Shown here: in pieces, positions 9,889-20,506 of the stretch | Position numbering within the stretch: position 1 is the first letter of the stretch | Layout of the letters: every line of letters starts with the position of its first letter | Sequence record: LC680885.1 | Strand: one strand, 5' to 3' | Length of the DNA: 64,000 bases | Source of the DNA: Staphylococcus phage S6 | Notes under the pieces: generated by a model | What the model saw: the letters and a program-made list of their open reading frames with translations, nothing else | Told to the model about the DNA's origin: nothing | The model's database searches: none | Translations under genes and position numbers: made by a program

Positions 9889-11358
9889 TTAACGTTTTAA
9901 TAATTTTTCAAGCATTTCTGAAGTTAAATCTTTTTGATTATTCTTAACTTTGTAAGCACCAAGTTTATTTTCTTTAATAACTTCAAATTTGTTATGATCT
10001 GGTAAATATTTATAAACTAATTCCCTAGTTTGGTCTAATATAATAAAATCTAATAAGAAGAATTCATTATAAATTTTCTTAGCAGCTCTACGGTCAGATA
10101 ATAAATCCACACCAGTTTTACGTTTAACTTCATTAGCTTCATCAATAGTAATCATTAAAGCTGTTGTTGGAATATAGTTAGCTTTAGCTGATTTAGCAAT
10201 TCCTGAAGCTTTATTAACAGAGTAGAGAGAATTTAATTTGTTCCAAATAGAACCAGAACGTCCTTTTTTAGAGTCTTGTGCAATTTTCTTAACTTTATCA
10301 GCGTCCAATAATAAATCTTTAACTAGACGTAATTCACCTGTAGTAAATTTAACTAATTTAGTTACTAAGTTTGAGCCACGAGATTTATCAGAAAGATAGA
10401 AAATGATGTCTTCAGTTTTAACAACATGAACTACTGTCTTAACACCGAATTTAGTATCCTTCTGAATATAATTTGAAGCTGGAAGAGGATTACCATTTTT
10501 ATCTGCAGGTACATAGTTAATTGTAGTTGTTATCGTAGTAGGTAAAGAAGCATTTATTTTTTCTTTATCTATAGTAACTTTTGCTCCAAAATTATCTCTT
10601 TCTGCATCTTTAATAGTAGTAGTAACTTGACCTTTATAATCTTCACTGAATTTTCTTTTTAATTCAGAATTTTTTTCTATAGTGTCGCCATTACTTGATT
10701 TTAATCTACCGTCAAATACTGAATTTATATTTCTATTAGAACTTTCTGACATATTATTAAATTTAAATTCTTTCTCTTTACCATCTTTAAATTCAAGTAT
10801 TTCTAAATTATAAGTTTTATTTGTATTCTTTGATAATTCAAAATCATTTATATCAAATCTAATATCATATTTTACACCATTGGCTTTTACTGCATAACCG
10901 CTATTTGATTCATTTAATAGTTCTTTCATTTCTTCTCTAGTGATAGTCATATCATTTAAAGAATTCATATTAAATTTTTCTTCAGGAGTTTCTAATAAAT
11001 AATCATTGGATCTTTTAATATCCTCTTTTGTACTTTCAGCTAAATTTACATTATTATGCAAATCAGACATAAATGAAGTAGGATCTTTTGGATCAAAAGT
11101 TTGTAACGGTGAATTCGTTAATACAAAATCAAACTCAAAAGCTCTCTCTAATTCTAATTGGTTTCTCATTAATTCAACTGTGTCTTGTTCTATAGTATCA
11201 GATGTAACTAAAGGAAACTGTAGTATAAAATCTCCAGATCTTTGCTTTAATGATCTTTTTCTTTTGTTATTATCTTTATAGTTTTTACTTATACTTGTAG
11301 GATTTAAATCTTTTAAAAGACCTATTACATCCGTAAATAAGTTTACTTTATTGGCCAA
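9889..11358 (-). CDS. hypothetical protein (489 aa)
   Basis: TTG start after AAAGGCGGAAATATAAA. No recognisable motif. Confidence 0.5.
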   Translation of the reverse strand: MANKVNLFTDVIGLLKDLNPTSISKNYKDNNKRKRSLKQRSGDFILQFPLVTSDTIEQDTVELMRNQLELERAFEFDFVLTNSPLQTFDPKDPTSFMSDLHNNVNLAESTKEDIKRSNDYLLETPEEKFNMNSLNDMTITREEMKELLNESNSGYAVKANGVKYDIRFDINDFELSKNTNKTYNLEILEFKDGKEKEFKFNNMSESSNRNINSVFDGRLKSSNGDTIEKNSELKRKFSEDYKGQVTTTIKDAERDNFGAKVTIDKEKINASLPTTITTTINYVPADKNGNPLPASNYIQKDTKFGVKTVVHVVKTEDIIFYLSDKSRGSNLVTKLVKFTTGELRLVKDLLLDADKVKKIAQDSKKGRSGSIWNKLNSLYSVNKASGIAKSAKANYIPTTALMITIDEANEVKRKTGVDLLSDRRAAKKIYNEFFLLDFIILDQTRELVYKYLPDHNKFEVIKENKLGAYKVKNNQKDLTSEMLEKLLKR

Positions 11359-11442
11359 TTTATATTTCCGCCTTTCTTTTTCTTATTATTTTTATAAAGA
11401 TATGTTTGATCATAAGAAACAATAAAAAAGTAAAAAAAAAAT

Positions 11443-11484
11443 AAATTTAGATATCGTATCAATTAAGACACGATATCTAAATTT
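11443..11484. terminator. Rho-independent terminator (strongest on the minus strand)
   Basis: Perfect 15-bp stem AAATTTAGATATCGT / ACGATATCTAAATTT with a 12-nt loop. An A-run lies upstream on the plus strand (a T-run on minus), and TTTTT follows on the plus strand. Confidence 0.7.
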
Positions 11485-11533
11485 TTATGAGTGAGTTATT
11501 TTTGAATACCTATCATATTCGAGAAGTAATTCT

Positions 11534-11668
11534 TTATTTATAATTAGATAGTATATGTTCATTTATAAAGTTGTCTACTCCATAAAAATGCCCTTTATCA
11601 TCTATTTCTTTTATTCTATTCTCCAAATCTTTAATTCTTCTTTCTAAATAATCTTCATCTTTATTCAA
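11534..11668 (-). CDS. possible small ORF (44 aa) in an otherwise ORF-free 650-bp island
   Basis: GGAGAG then 9 nt then TTG. Translates KLNKDEDYLERRIKDLENRIKEIDDKGHFYGVDNFINEHILSNYK. Short and unsupported by any similarity. Confidence 0.2.
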   Translation of the reverse strand: MNKDEDYLERRIKDLENRIKEIDDKGHFYGVDNFINEHILSNYK

Positions 11669-11973
11669 TTTTTGAATCTCTCCCCATTTATATTACTACT
11701 ATTTAATATATGACATAAATATGTGTGAACGGACTAGCCACCTTAAATATAATAGATATGACTGTTTTGATTATTGACCTAATGTCATTTGGTAATCTTT
11801 TTATTGTTTAACTCACTCTGTTCACATTTTGTTATTTTATACTTCCACTCATTCTAGTATAGGGGGATCTAAAACGAATCGGCATATTTATATATCTTAG
11901 TAGAATATAGTGTATTAATGAGAAGTTAATTTCTTAACTTCTCACCTTTATAATATATATTTAAAAATTATTT

Positions 11974-12006
11974 ACAAAAAAAAAGAAGAATCTTGAGATT
12001 CTTCTT
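11974..12006 (-). terminator. terminator for minus-strand gene 12006..12536
   Basis: 10-bp stem AAGAAGAATC / GATTCTTCTT with a tetraloop, followed on the minus strand by T9. Confidence 0.65.
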
Positions 12007-12536
12007 TATCTATAAAAATTTGGATTAGTCATACTTTCTCGTATTTGTTCTACAAACTCATCCTTCGAGTCACTAATGACACGAGCTTTTCCTTTTCTTT
12101 TATAAGGATTAGAAACAGAAATCGATACATCTTTTTCTTTAGCTTTGAAAGATATCATTGAGTTAGCTTCATAAAATAGTTTATTATGATTCATTCTATT
12201 TATATGTCCCCAACTATAACCATTTCTTTTTAAATAATATTTGGCTTTTTGATAGTCAGACATTACATCTTTATTAAATTGTTCTTTATCTAAACCTTCT
12301 TCTTTCATAAAATTATCTTTTTTATTTTTTAGTTCTTTTTCTTTTTCATTAATTTTACGAATTTCTTCTTTCTTTTTCTCTTCTTCTATTTTTATTTTTT
12401 GAATTCTTTCTCTTTCTATTTCTTCTGCTTTTTTAATTCTTATTCTTTCTCTTTCTATTTCTTCTTCAATTTTTCTTTGTTTTTTCATTTTTCTATCATT
12501 TCTGATTTCTTTAATTTTATTTAACATACTATCCAT
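12006..12536 (-). CDS. highly charged (E/K/R-rich) protein; paralog of 13089..13541
   Basis: N-terminal IEEEIERERIRIKKAEE repeats. The C-terminal block QKAKYYLKRNGYSWGHINRMNHNKLFYEANSMISFKAKEKDVSI aligns with QEAKQYLLRNGFNWSDLKRMNNYKIFLEANSLVEYKARKENVKI in the neighbouring gene. Confidence 0.5.
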   Translation of the reverse strand: MDSMLNKIKEIRNDRKMKKQRKIEEEIERERIRIKKAEEIERERIQKIKIEEEKKKEEIRKINEKEKELKNKKDNFMKEEGLDKEQFNKDVMSDYQKAKYYLKRNGYSWGHINRMNHNKLFYEANSMISFKAKEKDVSISVSNPYKRKGKARVISDSKDEFVEQIRESMTNPNFYR

Positions 12537-12558
12537 CCTTTATTATTTTATTTATTAA

Positions 12559-13074
12559 TTAAACTAATAATCCTTTTGAAATAATTATTTCAAAATAAAT
12601 TCTATCAAATTCAGGTTCTCCTTTTTTATTATAAATTACAAATGGGTATTTAATATCTCTAATATATCCATTATCAAGTAAATAGCTATTTTCCAGTTTC
12701 ATCTTTTTAATTTTCTTTTCTAATTTATTTCTACTAAATTTTGTCAAATTTAAATCAAATTTATAAAATTGTGTGTTACCTGCTGTATAGTAAAGATTTT
12801 CATATTTATCTATTGCAAATAATTTTCCAGTAAATCCTACAACTTTCTTAGTTTTTGTTTTTACATCTTCAATATTTAAATATTCTAATTCTCTACCAAT
12901 GCAATTTAATTCTTTATCAGCTAAATCGTTAAAATCTTTAATATAATTATCTTTCTCTTGTTTTAAAATTTTATTTAAATCCATAAAGACATCAATTTTA
13001 AATTTTTCATCTTCAAAAAGTTTAAATTCTCTTACACTATTTTCTTTTTCAATTACAGTTATTCTTTTACTCAT
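12559..13074 (-). CDS. hypothetical protein (171 aa) flanked by the two paralogs
   Basis: ORF only. No recognisable motif. Confidence 0.45.
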   Translation of the reverse strand: MSKRITVIEKENSVREFKLFEDEKFKIDVFMDLNKILKQEKDNYIKDFNDLADKELNCIGRELEYLNIEDVKTKTKKVVGFTGKLFAIDKYENLYYTAGNTQFYKFDLNLTKFSRNKLEKKIKKMKLENSYLLDNGYIRDIKYPFVIYNKKGEPEFDRIYFEIIISKGLLV

Positions 13075-13088
13075 ATTAATCCATCCTT

Positions 13089-13541
13089 TTATTTTTTTAA
13101 TTTTTCTTCTAGTTCTTTTATTCGTTTATTTAAATACATAGCTTCTTTTATAGTTTCTATTTTTACATTTTCTTTCCTAGCTTTATATTCAACTAATGAA
13201 TTTGCTTCTAAAAATATCTTATAATTATTCATTCTTTTTAAATCGGACCAATTAAATCCATTTCTTAAAAGATATTGTTTAGCTTCTTGGTAATCAATAT
13301 TTTCAGATCTATCAAAATATGATTTAATTAGACCTTCTTTTTCTAAGAAAGCTTTTGTTGCTTTTTCTCTAGCTTTCCTTTCAGATTCAACTCTTTCATT
13401 AAATTTAAGAAGTTCTTCTTTTTCTCTCTCTTCTTCTTTAATTCTTATTCTTTCTCTTTCTTTTTCTTCTTTAATTCTTTTTTCTTTTGCTTCTTTTCTA
13501 TTTTGTCTAAATAATACAATTTCCTCTAATAACATTAACAT
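13089..13541 (-). CDS. highly charged protein; paralog of 12006..12536
   Basis: Start is AAGGATGTatttaaaATG. Shares the ERERIRIK N-terminal repeat and the C-terminal block with 12006..12536. Confidence 0.5.
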   Translation of the reverse strand: MLMLLEEIVLFRQNRKEAKEKRIKEEKERERIRIKEEEREKEELLKFNERVESERKAREKATKAFLEKEGLIKSYFDRSENIDYQEAKQYLLRNGFNWSDLKRMNNYKIFLEANSLVEYKARKENVKIETIKEAMYLNKRIKELEEKLKK

Positions 13542-13685
13542 TTTAAATACATCCTTTTTATTTAAATTAGTTGATTAATAATTATCAACTTCATAATTAT
13601 AATATAAATTTATAAATTAATTTATTACGGAAAATCTACTTTAACATAGCCTTATTAAAAATAACGATTGGTGGTGTAAAAGAGA

Positions 13686-14654
13686 TTGGCTGAAGATAAG
13701 AAAACTACGGAAGAAAAGTTTAAAAAAGCATTAAAAGAAGAAGGAGATATAAAAGAAATAAAATCCTTTAATCCATATAGAATGAAAGATAAAAACTCAG
13801 AGATATTTAATAAAGGATTACCTTTTATTTTCATAACAGCTCCTAGAATAAATCTAGTAGACGAAAATATAGGAAGAGAAAGTTTCTTTCTTTATTTAAA
13901 ATCAGTTAAACCTGATTTATTAAAAAGCTTAAATTTTAGTAATAATGGAGCCTTAAGCTCAGGTAGACCTTTCATCCCAATCCTTTCAAATAGATTTATG
14001 GGAATATCTATTCCCGATACACAAACAACAATGAAAGAATTTCATGAAACATTTTACGGTTATAAACAACATTTACCGGTAGGTACAGTTAATTCAGTTG
14101 CTGGTGGAGAAATAGCTGTAGATTTTGAAGAGAATAAAGAAATAGACGTTATACACTTAATTAAAGCCTGGAGTGATTATATAGAAGGTGTGACTAGAGG
14201 TTATCTATTCCCTTCAGATGATGCTAAAGATAAACGTTATATAGATTATACTAGTTCTATATATTATTTCTTATTAGACTTTGATGGTGAAACTGTATTA
14301 CATTATTCTAAGTATACTGGATGTTTCCCTATAAATGTACCTTACGATATATTCTCACAAAATATTGGTGATGATCCAGAAGTTCCTCACGTTTCTATTA
14401 ACTTTGCTTATTCATATAAAGAAGATATGAATCCCGATATATTAGTTGACTTTAATTCAGTTTCAACAATGTCTACTAGTATAGCTAATGCATCTGGAAC
14501 TGAACCTATTAGAGCTAATATTAATAATGCAACTATGGGTATAAAATTAAATTATGATGAAATGTATCCAGTTAATACAGGTAATCCTTATATCGTTGCA
14601 GGACAAAGAAAAGAAGACAAAGCTAAACCTAAATATAGATTAAGATTTTTATAA
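13686..14654 (+). CDS. hypothetical protein (322 aa), first gene of a three-gene plus-strand block
   Basis: ORF with a TTG start. No motif. Confidence 0.5.
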   Translation: MAEDKKTTEEKFKKALKEEGDIKEIKSFNPYRMKDKNSEIFNKGLPFIFITAPRINLVDENIGRESFFLYLKSVKPDLLKSLNFSNNGALSSGRPFIPILSNRFMGISIPDTQTTMKEFHETFYGYKQHLPVGTVNSVAGGEIAVDFEENKEIDVIHLIKAWSDYIEGVTRGYLFPSDDAKDKRYIDYTSSIYYFLLDFDGETVLHYSKYTGCFPINVPYDIFSQNIGDDPEVPHVSINFAYSYKEDMNPDILVDFNSVSTMSTSIANASGTEPIRANINNATMGIKLNYDEMYPVNTGNPYIVAGQRKEDKAKPKYRLRFL

Positions 14655-14677
14655 AGAAAGAGAGTTGAAAATAGTAA

Positions 14678-17665
14678 ATGGCTATAACACAGTATTTCTC
14701 TAACGAACAAGAGAAAATAGATTTCCTTAATAATGCTAAAATAGATACTGAAAGCGTTATTAAGATAGGAAGTACTTCATACGATGTCAAAGATAAATGG
14801 TTCAATATGGCAACTAAGTTCTTTGAAATTGATACAGAAAATACTCCTATAGATGAAAATGAAGATGAAGATTTAATTTCATTATTAAAAGCTGGATTAT
14901 TTGGTTATATTAATGAAATTAATTCACATGAAGTTAAAAACGCTATATATCACAGAAATGTATTATACGATGAATTATTCTTGAATACAGCTTCTATTCC
15001 TATGTCTATATACAATTTTGCTAAGTTGTATAATGTACCTATTCAAATGGCTAAACCTGCTAATTTTAAAGTAGATTTTGTTATTAGAAAAGATGATGTA
15101 TTAAAATTACCTTCTAAAGAGATTGTATCTACTCAAGAAATAGATAAAAAGAAATCATTAAAAACTTATGAGATAAAATTATCTAAGGATCAAGATTTTA
15201 CAATAGGTAGTTTTAAATATTGTTTACCGTATGATGTATCAATGGTATTAAAACAATATCCAATAACTAGAGATGGAAAAGATGCAATAGATTATAAAAT
15301 TACAGCTAGATATGATATAGATAACGATCTATTTAAATTTTCTTCTATTTTAGATAATAATGTCAAAGTAACTAAGAATATAATAAATGGTGTAGATTAT
15401 ATGTATTTCTCTCTAGATCTATACCAAATAGAAAGAATTTCTAAAGAATTTAATATAACTAGCAATGATATTGCTGAAAATATTTACTTCAATGTTGGTT
15501 ATGAAAATCAATTAGCTGGTTTTAATGTATTCTATGAATACTTAGGTACAAGAACACCTATGGAAACTTATTTTAATAATACTTTTACTCCAGATACAGA
15601 TAATCCTTTCTGTTATTATAATTTCAAAGATGATAATTCATTAGAAATTTCATTCTCAAACATGGCTAATTCTTTTAGACCTAAAGCTAATAGCAAAGTT
15701 ATTGTAGAAACTTTAACTACTAAAGGTGAGAAAGGCAACTTTAGTTATAATGATAATTTAAATGTAGCGTTAGATTCTAATAACACATTTGAAAAAGTAC
15801 CAATAACTATTCTTCCTAAAGGTAATTCAGTTGATGGTCAGAATAGACCGGATGTTTATACTGAAAAAAGAAGAATAATTAATAAAGCTATTACTAGAGA
15901 TAATATTATTACTGACTTTGATATTAAAAACTATTTTAATGATGTTAATGACAATAATAATATTAATAATTCTTTTATTAACTTCATTAAAAAACGTAAT
16001 GATCTTTATACACGTATGTATAATGCTTTCTTATTATTAAGAGATAGTGATAGTAAGGTAATGCCTACAAATACTGCTCCTTATATAGAACTTCCTAAAC
16101 AGTATTTTGAGGGAAATACTTCATTAGGTAATGAAGAAGATGGTTATGTAATACCTGAGAACAGTTTATTCAAATATGATCAAGATAGTAAAAAATACGT
16201 TCACATTGAAAAAGGTTTAGATGATGCTGATGAGAAAGAAAAATTTGAAAAAGATAAAGATTCTTTATATTATGTAAATCCTTATTTAATTAAAATTAAT
16301 AAATATCCTTTCTTATCTACTAACTATTATAAACTTCATGTAAATGAACTATTTACTACTGAATATAAATACATTAATGAATTAATACCTAATAATATTA
16401 CAACTACCGATTTATATGTAGAAAAATTAAATGACTTCAAAAATACTTTGGAATCAGATACATTTAAATTTAGTTTAGAAATTGGTATGGACAGTTCACT
16501 TCAAGAAATGAAAGACTTATTAAAAGTTAGAGCTGTATTATTATCTCAAGAAACTGGTGAAAGATACGGTTATTTTGAATTAAATCCGGAAGAAAGTATT
16601 GAATCTGAAAATAATATTATTGATGAGTCAGATTCAACTGTAGATAAATCTTCTTTATATTCAGGAATGATATCTACTAATAGATCTTTCCATAATGGTA
16701 AATTATCTATAACGGATTCACTTTATAATGATAAAGGTATAGTACAAGATAATGTATTTATAGATGAAAAATTTGTAGTCAAAGTAGGATTACTATATAA
16801 AGATGAAGATATGAGATATTTCAATGATCTTGATATATCTGATGAAATGAATTTCTTTAAAGATGAATTCCCTAGTCATAGAGATGATGAAGTTAGAGAT
16901 TATACATTGGCTTGTTCTATGGAAACTTTTGAAGGAGTATCTATATACAAAGACATGTCACATGTAATGAATAGTACAGTATCTATGACTGATGACAGTT
17001 GTAAAGTAGAATTAGTTCCTTTATTCTCATTAGGATACTTTATGAATAATTATGAAGAAGTTTATAGCGTATTAGAAGGATATAAAGAAATATTAGAAGA
17101 TGCTATACCTAGATTACAAAATAACACTAGTATAGATATGAAGCTTTATAATACTAAAGGACCTTCTAATAATTATTATCTAGATACTGAATTAGACGAT
17201 GATAATTTAAATAATAAATATATCTCTAGAACGGATATACTATTGGATTTAAATATCACTCTATATGCACCTATTAATGATTTCTTAGATGGAGAAATTA
17301 AACGTTATATTTCTGATTTTGTAGAAGCATGTAATGAAAAAGGTGTATTACCTATATCTAACTTAATTAGATTATTAGAACAAAACTTCGATATAATCAA
17401 GTATATAGTATTTAATGGTATTTCTGGTAAGTATGCTGAAAAAGTAGACAACCATTATCAAAAACTACTTAATACTAATATAAACTATATGGATCTAAGT
17501 AAACAAGAAATTATTGAATACGTTCCTGAATTTATTAATATCAAAAAATCTCTTAAAGATAATAAGGTTGAAGTGAGTAATGAAGATTCAGAGGATGGAA
17601 CAACGGTTATTGATTTAGGTTTATCTTACGATGATGTAGTTAATATAACTTATTCAATCTCATAA
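14678..17665 (+). CDS. large hypothetical protein (995 aa), possibly virion structural
   Basis: Long ORF starting 23 nt after the previous stop. No motif recognised. Size and context suggest a structural module. Confidence 0.5.
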   Translation: MAITQYFSNEQEKIDFLNNAKIDTESVIKIGSTSYDVKDKWFNMATKFFEIDTENTPIDENEDEDLISLLKAGLFGYINEINSHEVKNAIYHRNVLYDELFLNTASIPMSIYNFAKLYNVPIQMAKPANFKVDFVIRKDDVLKLPSKEIVSTQEIDKKKSLKTYEIKLSKDQDFTIGSFKYCLPYDVSMVLKQYPITRDGKDAIDYKITARYDIDNDLFKFSSILDNNVKVTKNIINGVDYMYFSLDLYQIERISKEFNITSNDIAENIYFNVGYENQLAGFNVFYEYLGTRTPMETYFNNTFTPDTDNPFCYYNFKDDNSLEISFSNMANSFRPKANSKVIVETLTTKGEKGNFSYNDNLNVALDSNNTFEKVPITILPKGNSVDGQNRPDVYTEKRRIINKAITRDNIITDFDIKNYFNDVNDNNNINNSFINFIKKRNDLYTRMYNAFLLLRDSDSKVMPTNTAPYIELPKQYFEGNTSLGNEEDGYVIPENSLFKYDQDSKKYVHIEKGLDDADEKEKFEKDKDSLYYVNPYLIKINKYPFLSTNYYKLHVNELFTTEYKYINELIPNNITTTDLYVEKLNDFKNTLESDTFKFSLEIGMDSSLQEMKDLLKVRAVLLSQETGERYGYFELNPEESIESENNIIDESDSTVDKSSLYSGMISTNRSFHNGKLSITDSLYNDKGIVQDNVFIDEKFVVKVGLLYKDEDMRYFNDLDISDEMNFFKDEFPSHRDDEVRDYTLACSMETFEGVSIYKDMSHVMNSTVSMTDDSCKVELVPLFSLGYFMNNYEEVYSVLEGYKEILEDAIPRLQNNTSIDMKLYNTKGPSNNYYLDTELDDDNLNNKYISRTDILLDLNITLYAPINDFLDGEIKRYISDFVEACNEKGVLPISNLIRLLEQNFDIIKYIVFNGISGKYAEKVDNHYQKLLNTNINYMDLSKQEIIEYVPEFINIKKSLKDNKVEVSNEDSEDGTTVIDLGLSYDDVVNITYSIS

Positions 17666-17703
17666 AAATAAAATTATAATATAAAGAAAGAGGTATAAAT
17701 ATA

Positions 17704-18684
17704 ATGGCTAAAACATTTATTTCTGATTACCGCAAAAAACAAGCTGGTTTAAATAGAAAAGCAGCTAATGCTTTAGAACAGAAAAAATACACTGATCAAA
17801 TTAATGAAGAATTAGAAGTTTCAAAAGAGAAAGATTTAATTGCAGGTAGAAATAATAAATTACGTGCAACTAACAAGAAAGCTATTGATAATGCTAAAAA
17901 TAAATCAGAAAGAGAATTAAAAGACTTAAATGCACAAACTATTATGACTACTTTATTCTCAGCATTAGTATTTAATACTTTCCCTAACAAAATTGCTGAC
18001 AAATCTAAATTACGTGAGAAAATTGTTTCTAAAAGTAGAATGTTCTTTAATGAAGCAATTAATGCAGAATTAGCTGACTATCAAGGTAGTGAAGTATTCT
18101 CTAACGCTAAATTTAATGCAGACGTGTACGCTAAAGATGCTCGTGGAGTTATTGATCCTAAAGACTCTATTAAAGGAGCTAAAGTAGTATACAAAAAAGG
18201 TAGAACTGAATTCGATTACCTAACAAATGTAGTCGCTAAGAAAATTGAATCAGCTGTAATTCGTGAATCTGAATTAGTTGATGTTCGTGAAAAATTAAAC
18301 GAAAGCTTAGCAGACACACATAAAAAGAACAATAAAACACTATTCCGTACTTTACATGAATCAGCTATTAATAATATTGTAAATGATGAAGCTTATCTTA
18401 ATGAAGAAATTTCAGCAGAAGAAGTTAACATGGATGCTTTAGTAGAAGCTACTTTAGATTATACTATTATGGAATTAATCCATACAGCTAAATTGAGCAC
18501 ATTCAATATGGGTGAAGTTCAAAAAGCTGTTAAGAATGGTACAATTAAAGTTAATACTAAACAAAATAGTAAAATAAAACCTGAAAATGGTTCTACTAAA
18601 CCTTCAGCTGATGGAGTTAAACCTAGAACTATTGAAAATGAAAATAAACCAAAATCAGGTTCTGTTAAGTTAAACGAAGAATAA
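17704..18684 (+). CDS. hypothetical protein (326 aa), coiled-coil-rich
   Basis: ATG 10 nt after AGAGG. Charged helical N-terminal half. Confidence 0.5.
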   Translation: MAKTFISDYRKKQAGLNRKAANALEQKKYTDQINEELEVSKEKDLIAGRNNKLRATNKKAIDNAKNKSERELKDLNAQTIMTTLFSALVFNTFPNKIADKSKLREKIVSKSRMFFNEAINAELADYQGSEVFSNAKFNADVYAKDARGVIDPKDSIKGAKVVYKKGRTEFDYLTNVVAKKIESAVIRESELVDVREKLNESLADTHKKNNKTLFRTLHESAINNIVNDEAYLNEEISAEEVNMDALVEATLDYTIMELIHTAKLSTFNMGEVQKAVKNGTIKVNTKQNSKIKPENGSTKPSADGVKPRTIENENKPKSGSVKLNEE

Positions 18685-18699
18685 AAAAAAATAATATAA

Positions 18700-18740
18700 A
18701 TCCCCCTAATACTAAATTAATAGTATTAGGGGATTATTTT
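18700..18740. terminator. bidirectional terminator between convergent genes
   Basis: Stem ATCCCCCTAATACTA / TAGTATTAGGGGAT (14 bp with one bulge), 6-nt loop, then TATTTTT. Confidence 0.65.
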
Positions 18741-20482
18741 TAAAAGTCATCAAATATTTGACCTGGTTCAAATGTTTTATCTTCTTGAGAAGGTGATTGA
18801 GCTAATGCACTTGACTTAAATTGATTAGCTATAGTTGACATTTTATTTTTAGCACGTTCAGAATCCATAGTATTTTCTAAATTAGAACCAATTGATTCTA
18901 CACCTTTAATTTCAGGCGTTCCTTCATCAACAGCAAGTTTAAATGAATTATCAAATGGTTGAGCGAAGTATTCAATTCTATCTTCACCCATTTTACCACG
19001 ACTAGCAATTAATTTAAATGATAAATGATCATCTTGAGATTCATCTCTACCATTTTCTCTATTTATAATCATACCATAGTCTAAGTTTTCTAATATCATT
19101 GCTGATTCTGCAATTTGACTTCTGTCTAATTGTTTAGCAATATCTGTTTTATTTTCAGATAAAGCTTTTTCTACATTTCTATATGCTTCTCTGTTTAATT
19201 GTGCCGCTGTTACTAATGGTATTTCTTTTTCTTTAGCAAATACCGTAAATTCGTTAGTGATTTCACCAAGTCTAATACGTAAATCTTCAATATGATCTGA
19301 AGCTCTAATACGTTTTAAATAGTCTTGTACCATCATAATCATTTGATATCCTTGATCTGCTAAATTCTCATATACTTCATACAAGTAGTCAGTTGATACT
19401 TCATTATTTTTCTTATATTCAACAACTAAACTAATTCCTGTTTTCTCATAAGTATATTTAATTAATTCATTTACACATTCTTGAGGTGTTTGATCTGACT
19501 CACTCATAGAATATCCAGTAATATATTCATACATACGATCTAATGATTCACTCATAGAGTTTTCCATAGTTAAATAATAAACTACTGGTTTTTTATTAGG
19601 ATCTAATGACTGTATATCACTTGCTTTATTAGCTAGTGTAACTGACATTAACATATTTAATAATGTACCTGATTTAAATGATTTTGGTGTCCCGAAGAAT
19701 GAATAAACACGACCATTCTCGAAACCTCCATTAATCATTTTATTCAACATCTTATAACCAGTTTTTAATTTATTAGATGGATTACGTAATTTTTCAATAG
19801 AATCTGCCATTACTTCTACAGCATTATCTACTTCTAAAAAGTTAATAAAGCTATTTTTAGCACTTCCCGCTCCATTAGAAGTTCTTTTAATAACTTTAGT
19901 AACATCTGATATTGGTTCTAAAACTTGTTTAAGTAAATCAGTTGGATTTAATCTATCCATAGTAATTTGATCATAAATATATTTAAATACATCTGCTTTT
20001 TGATAAAGTTCTAAAGTAGCAAATCTTTCTTTAATATACGTATTAATTTGATCAATTTCTCTATCTGACAATTGTTCTATTTCATTTTTATAATAATTAT
20101 CAATTGTTTTAAGAGTTTCATATAAATGACTTTCTGACATTTGATTTTTAAATTTATCGATTAAATGTTCAATTAATATTTCTGGTGATTCAATAGATTC
20201 TTCAATTCTTATCTTAACTAATTCTTTAAGAACTTTAATTGTATCTTTTTGATGTTGCTGCCCTTCATCATATACATACTCTTCATTAATGTTCTCTAAA
20301 AATTTATTTAACCTTTTTAAATTAGTTGCATTAATTAATCTATTTTCTGTAATAGTATATTTAACAATTTGTATTAATGTGTTATAAGGTATACTTATAT
20401 TAGCGTAATTTATAAGTTGATTATTTTCATTAATGTAAAAACTTTCGTTGTTTTTTCCTTTTGAATTGTCTAAAAATGCCAT
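18740..20482 (-). CDS. DnaB/gp41-family replicative helicase-like ATPase
   Basis: H1/Walker-A-like GYKMLNKMINGGFENGRVYSFFGTPKSFKSGTLLNML (degenerate G-to-F). H2-like MIMMVQDYLKRI. H4-like VTAAQLNRE, the DnaB SQLNR motif. The start is corrected to the ATG 9 nt after GGAGAGTG; the track's GTG overlaps the SD. Confidence 0.6.
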   Translation of the reverse strand: MAFLDNSKGKNNESFYINENNQLINYANISIPYNTLIQIVKYTITENRLINATNLKRLNKFLENINEEYVYDEGQQHQKDTIKVLKELVKIRIEESIESPEILIEHLIDKFKNQMSESHLYETLKTIDNYYKNEIEQLSDREIDQINTYIKERFATLELYQKADVFKYIYDQITMDRLNPTDLLKQVLEPISDVTKVIKRTSNGAGSAKNSFINFLEVDNAVEVMADSIEKLRNPSNKLKTGYKMLNKMINGGFENGRVYSFFGTPKSFKSGTLLNMLMSVTLANKASDIQSLDPNKKPVVYYLTMENSMSESLDRMYEYITGYSMSESDQTPQECVNELIKYTYEKTGISLVVEYKKNNEVSTDYLYEVYENLADQGYQMIMMVQDYLKRIRASDHIEDLRIRLGEITNEFTVFAKEKEIPLVTAAQLNREAYRNVEKALSENKTDIAKQLDRSQIAESAMILENLDYGMIINRENGRDESQDDHLSFKLIASRGKMGEDRIEYFAQPFDNSFKLAVDEGTPEIKGVESIGSNLENTMDSERAKNKMSTIANQFKSSALAQSPSQEDKTFEPGQIFDDF

Positions 20483-20506
20483 AATGTCAAACACTCTCCG
20501 TTACTA

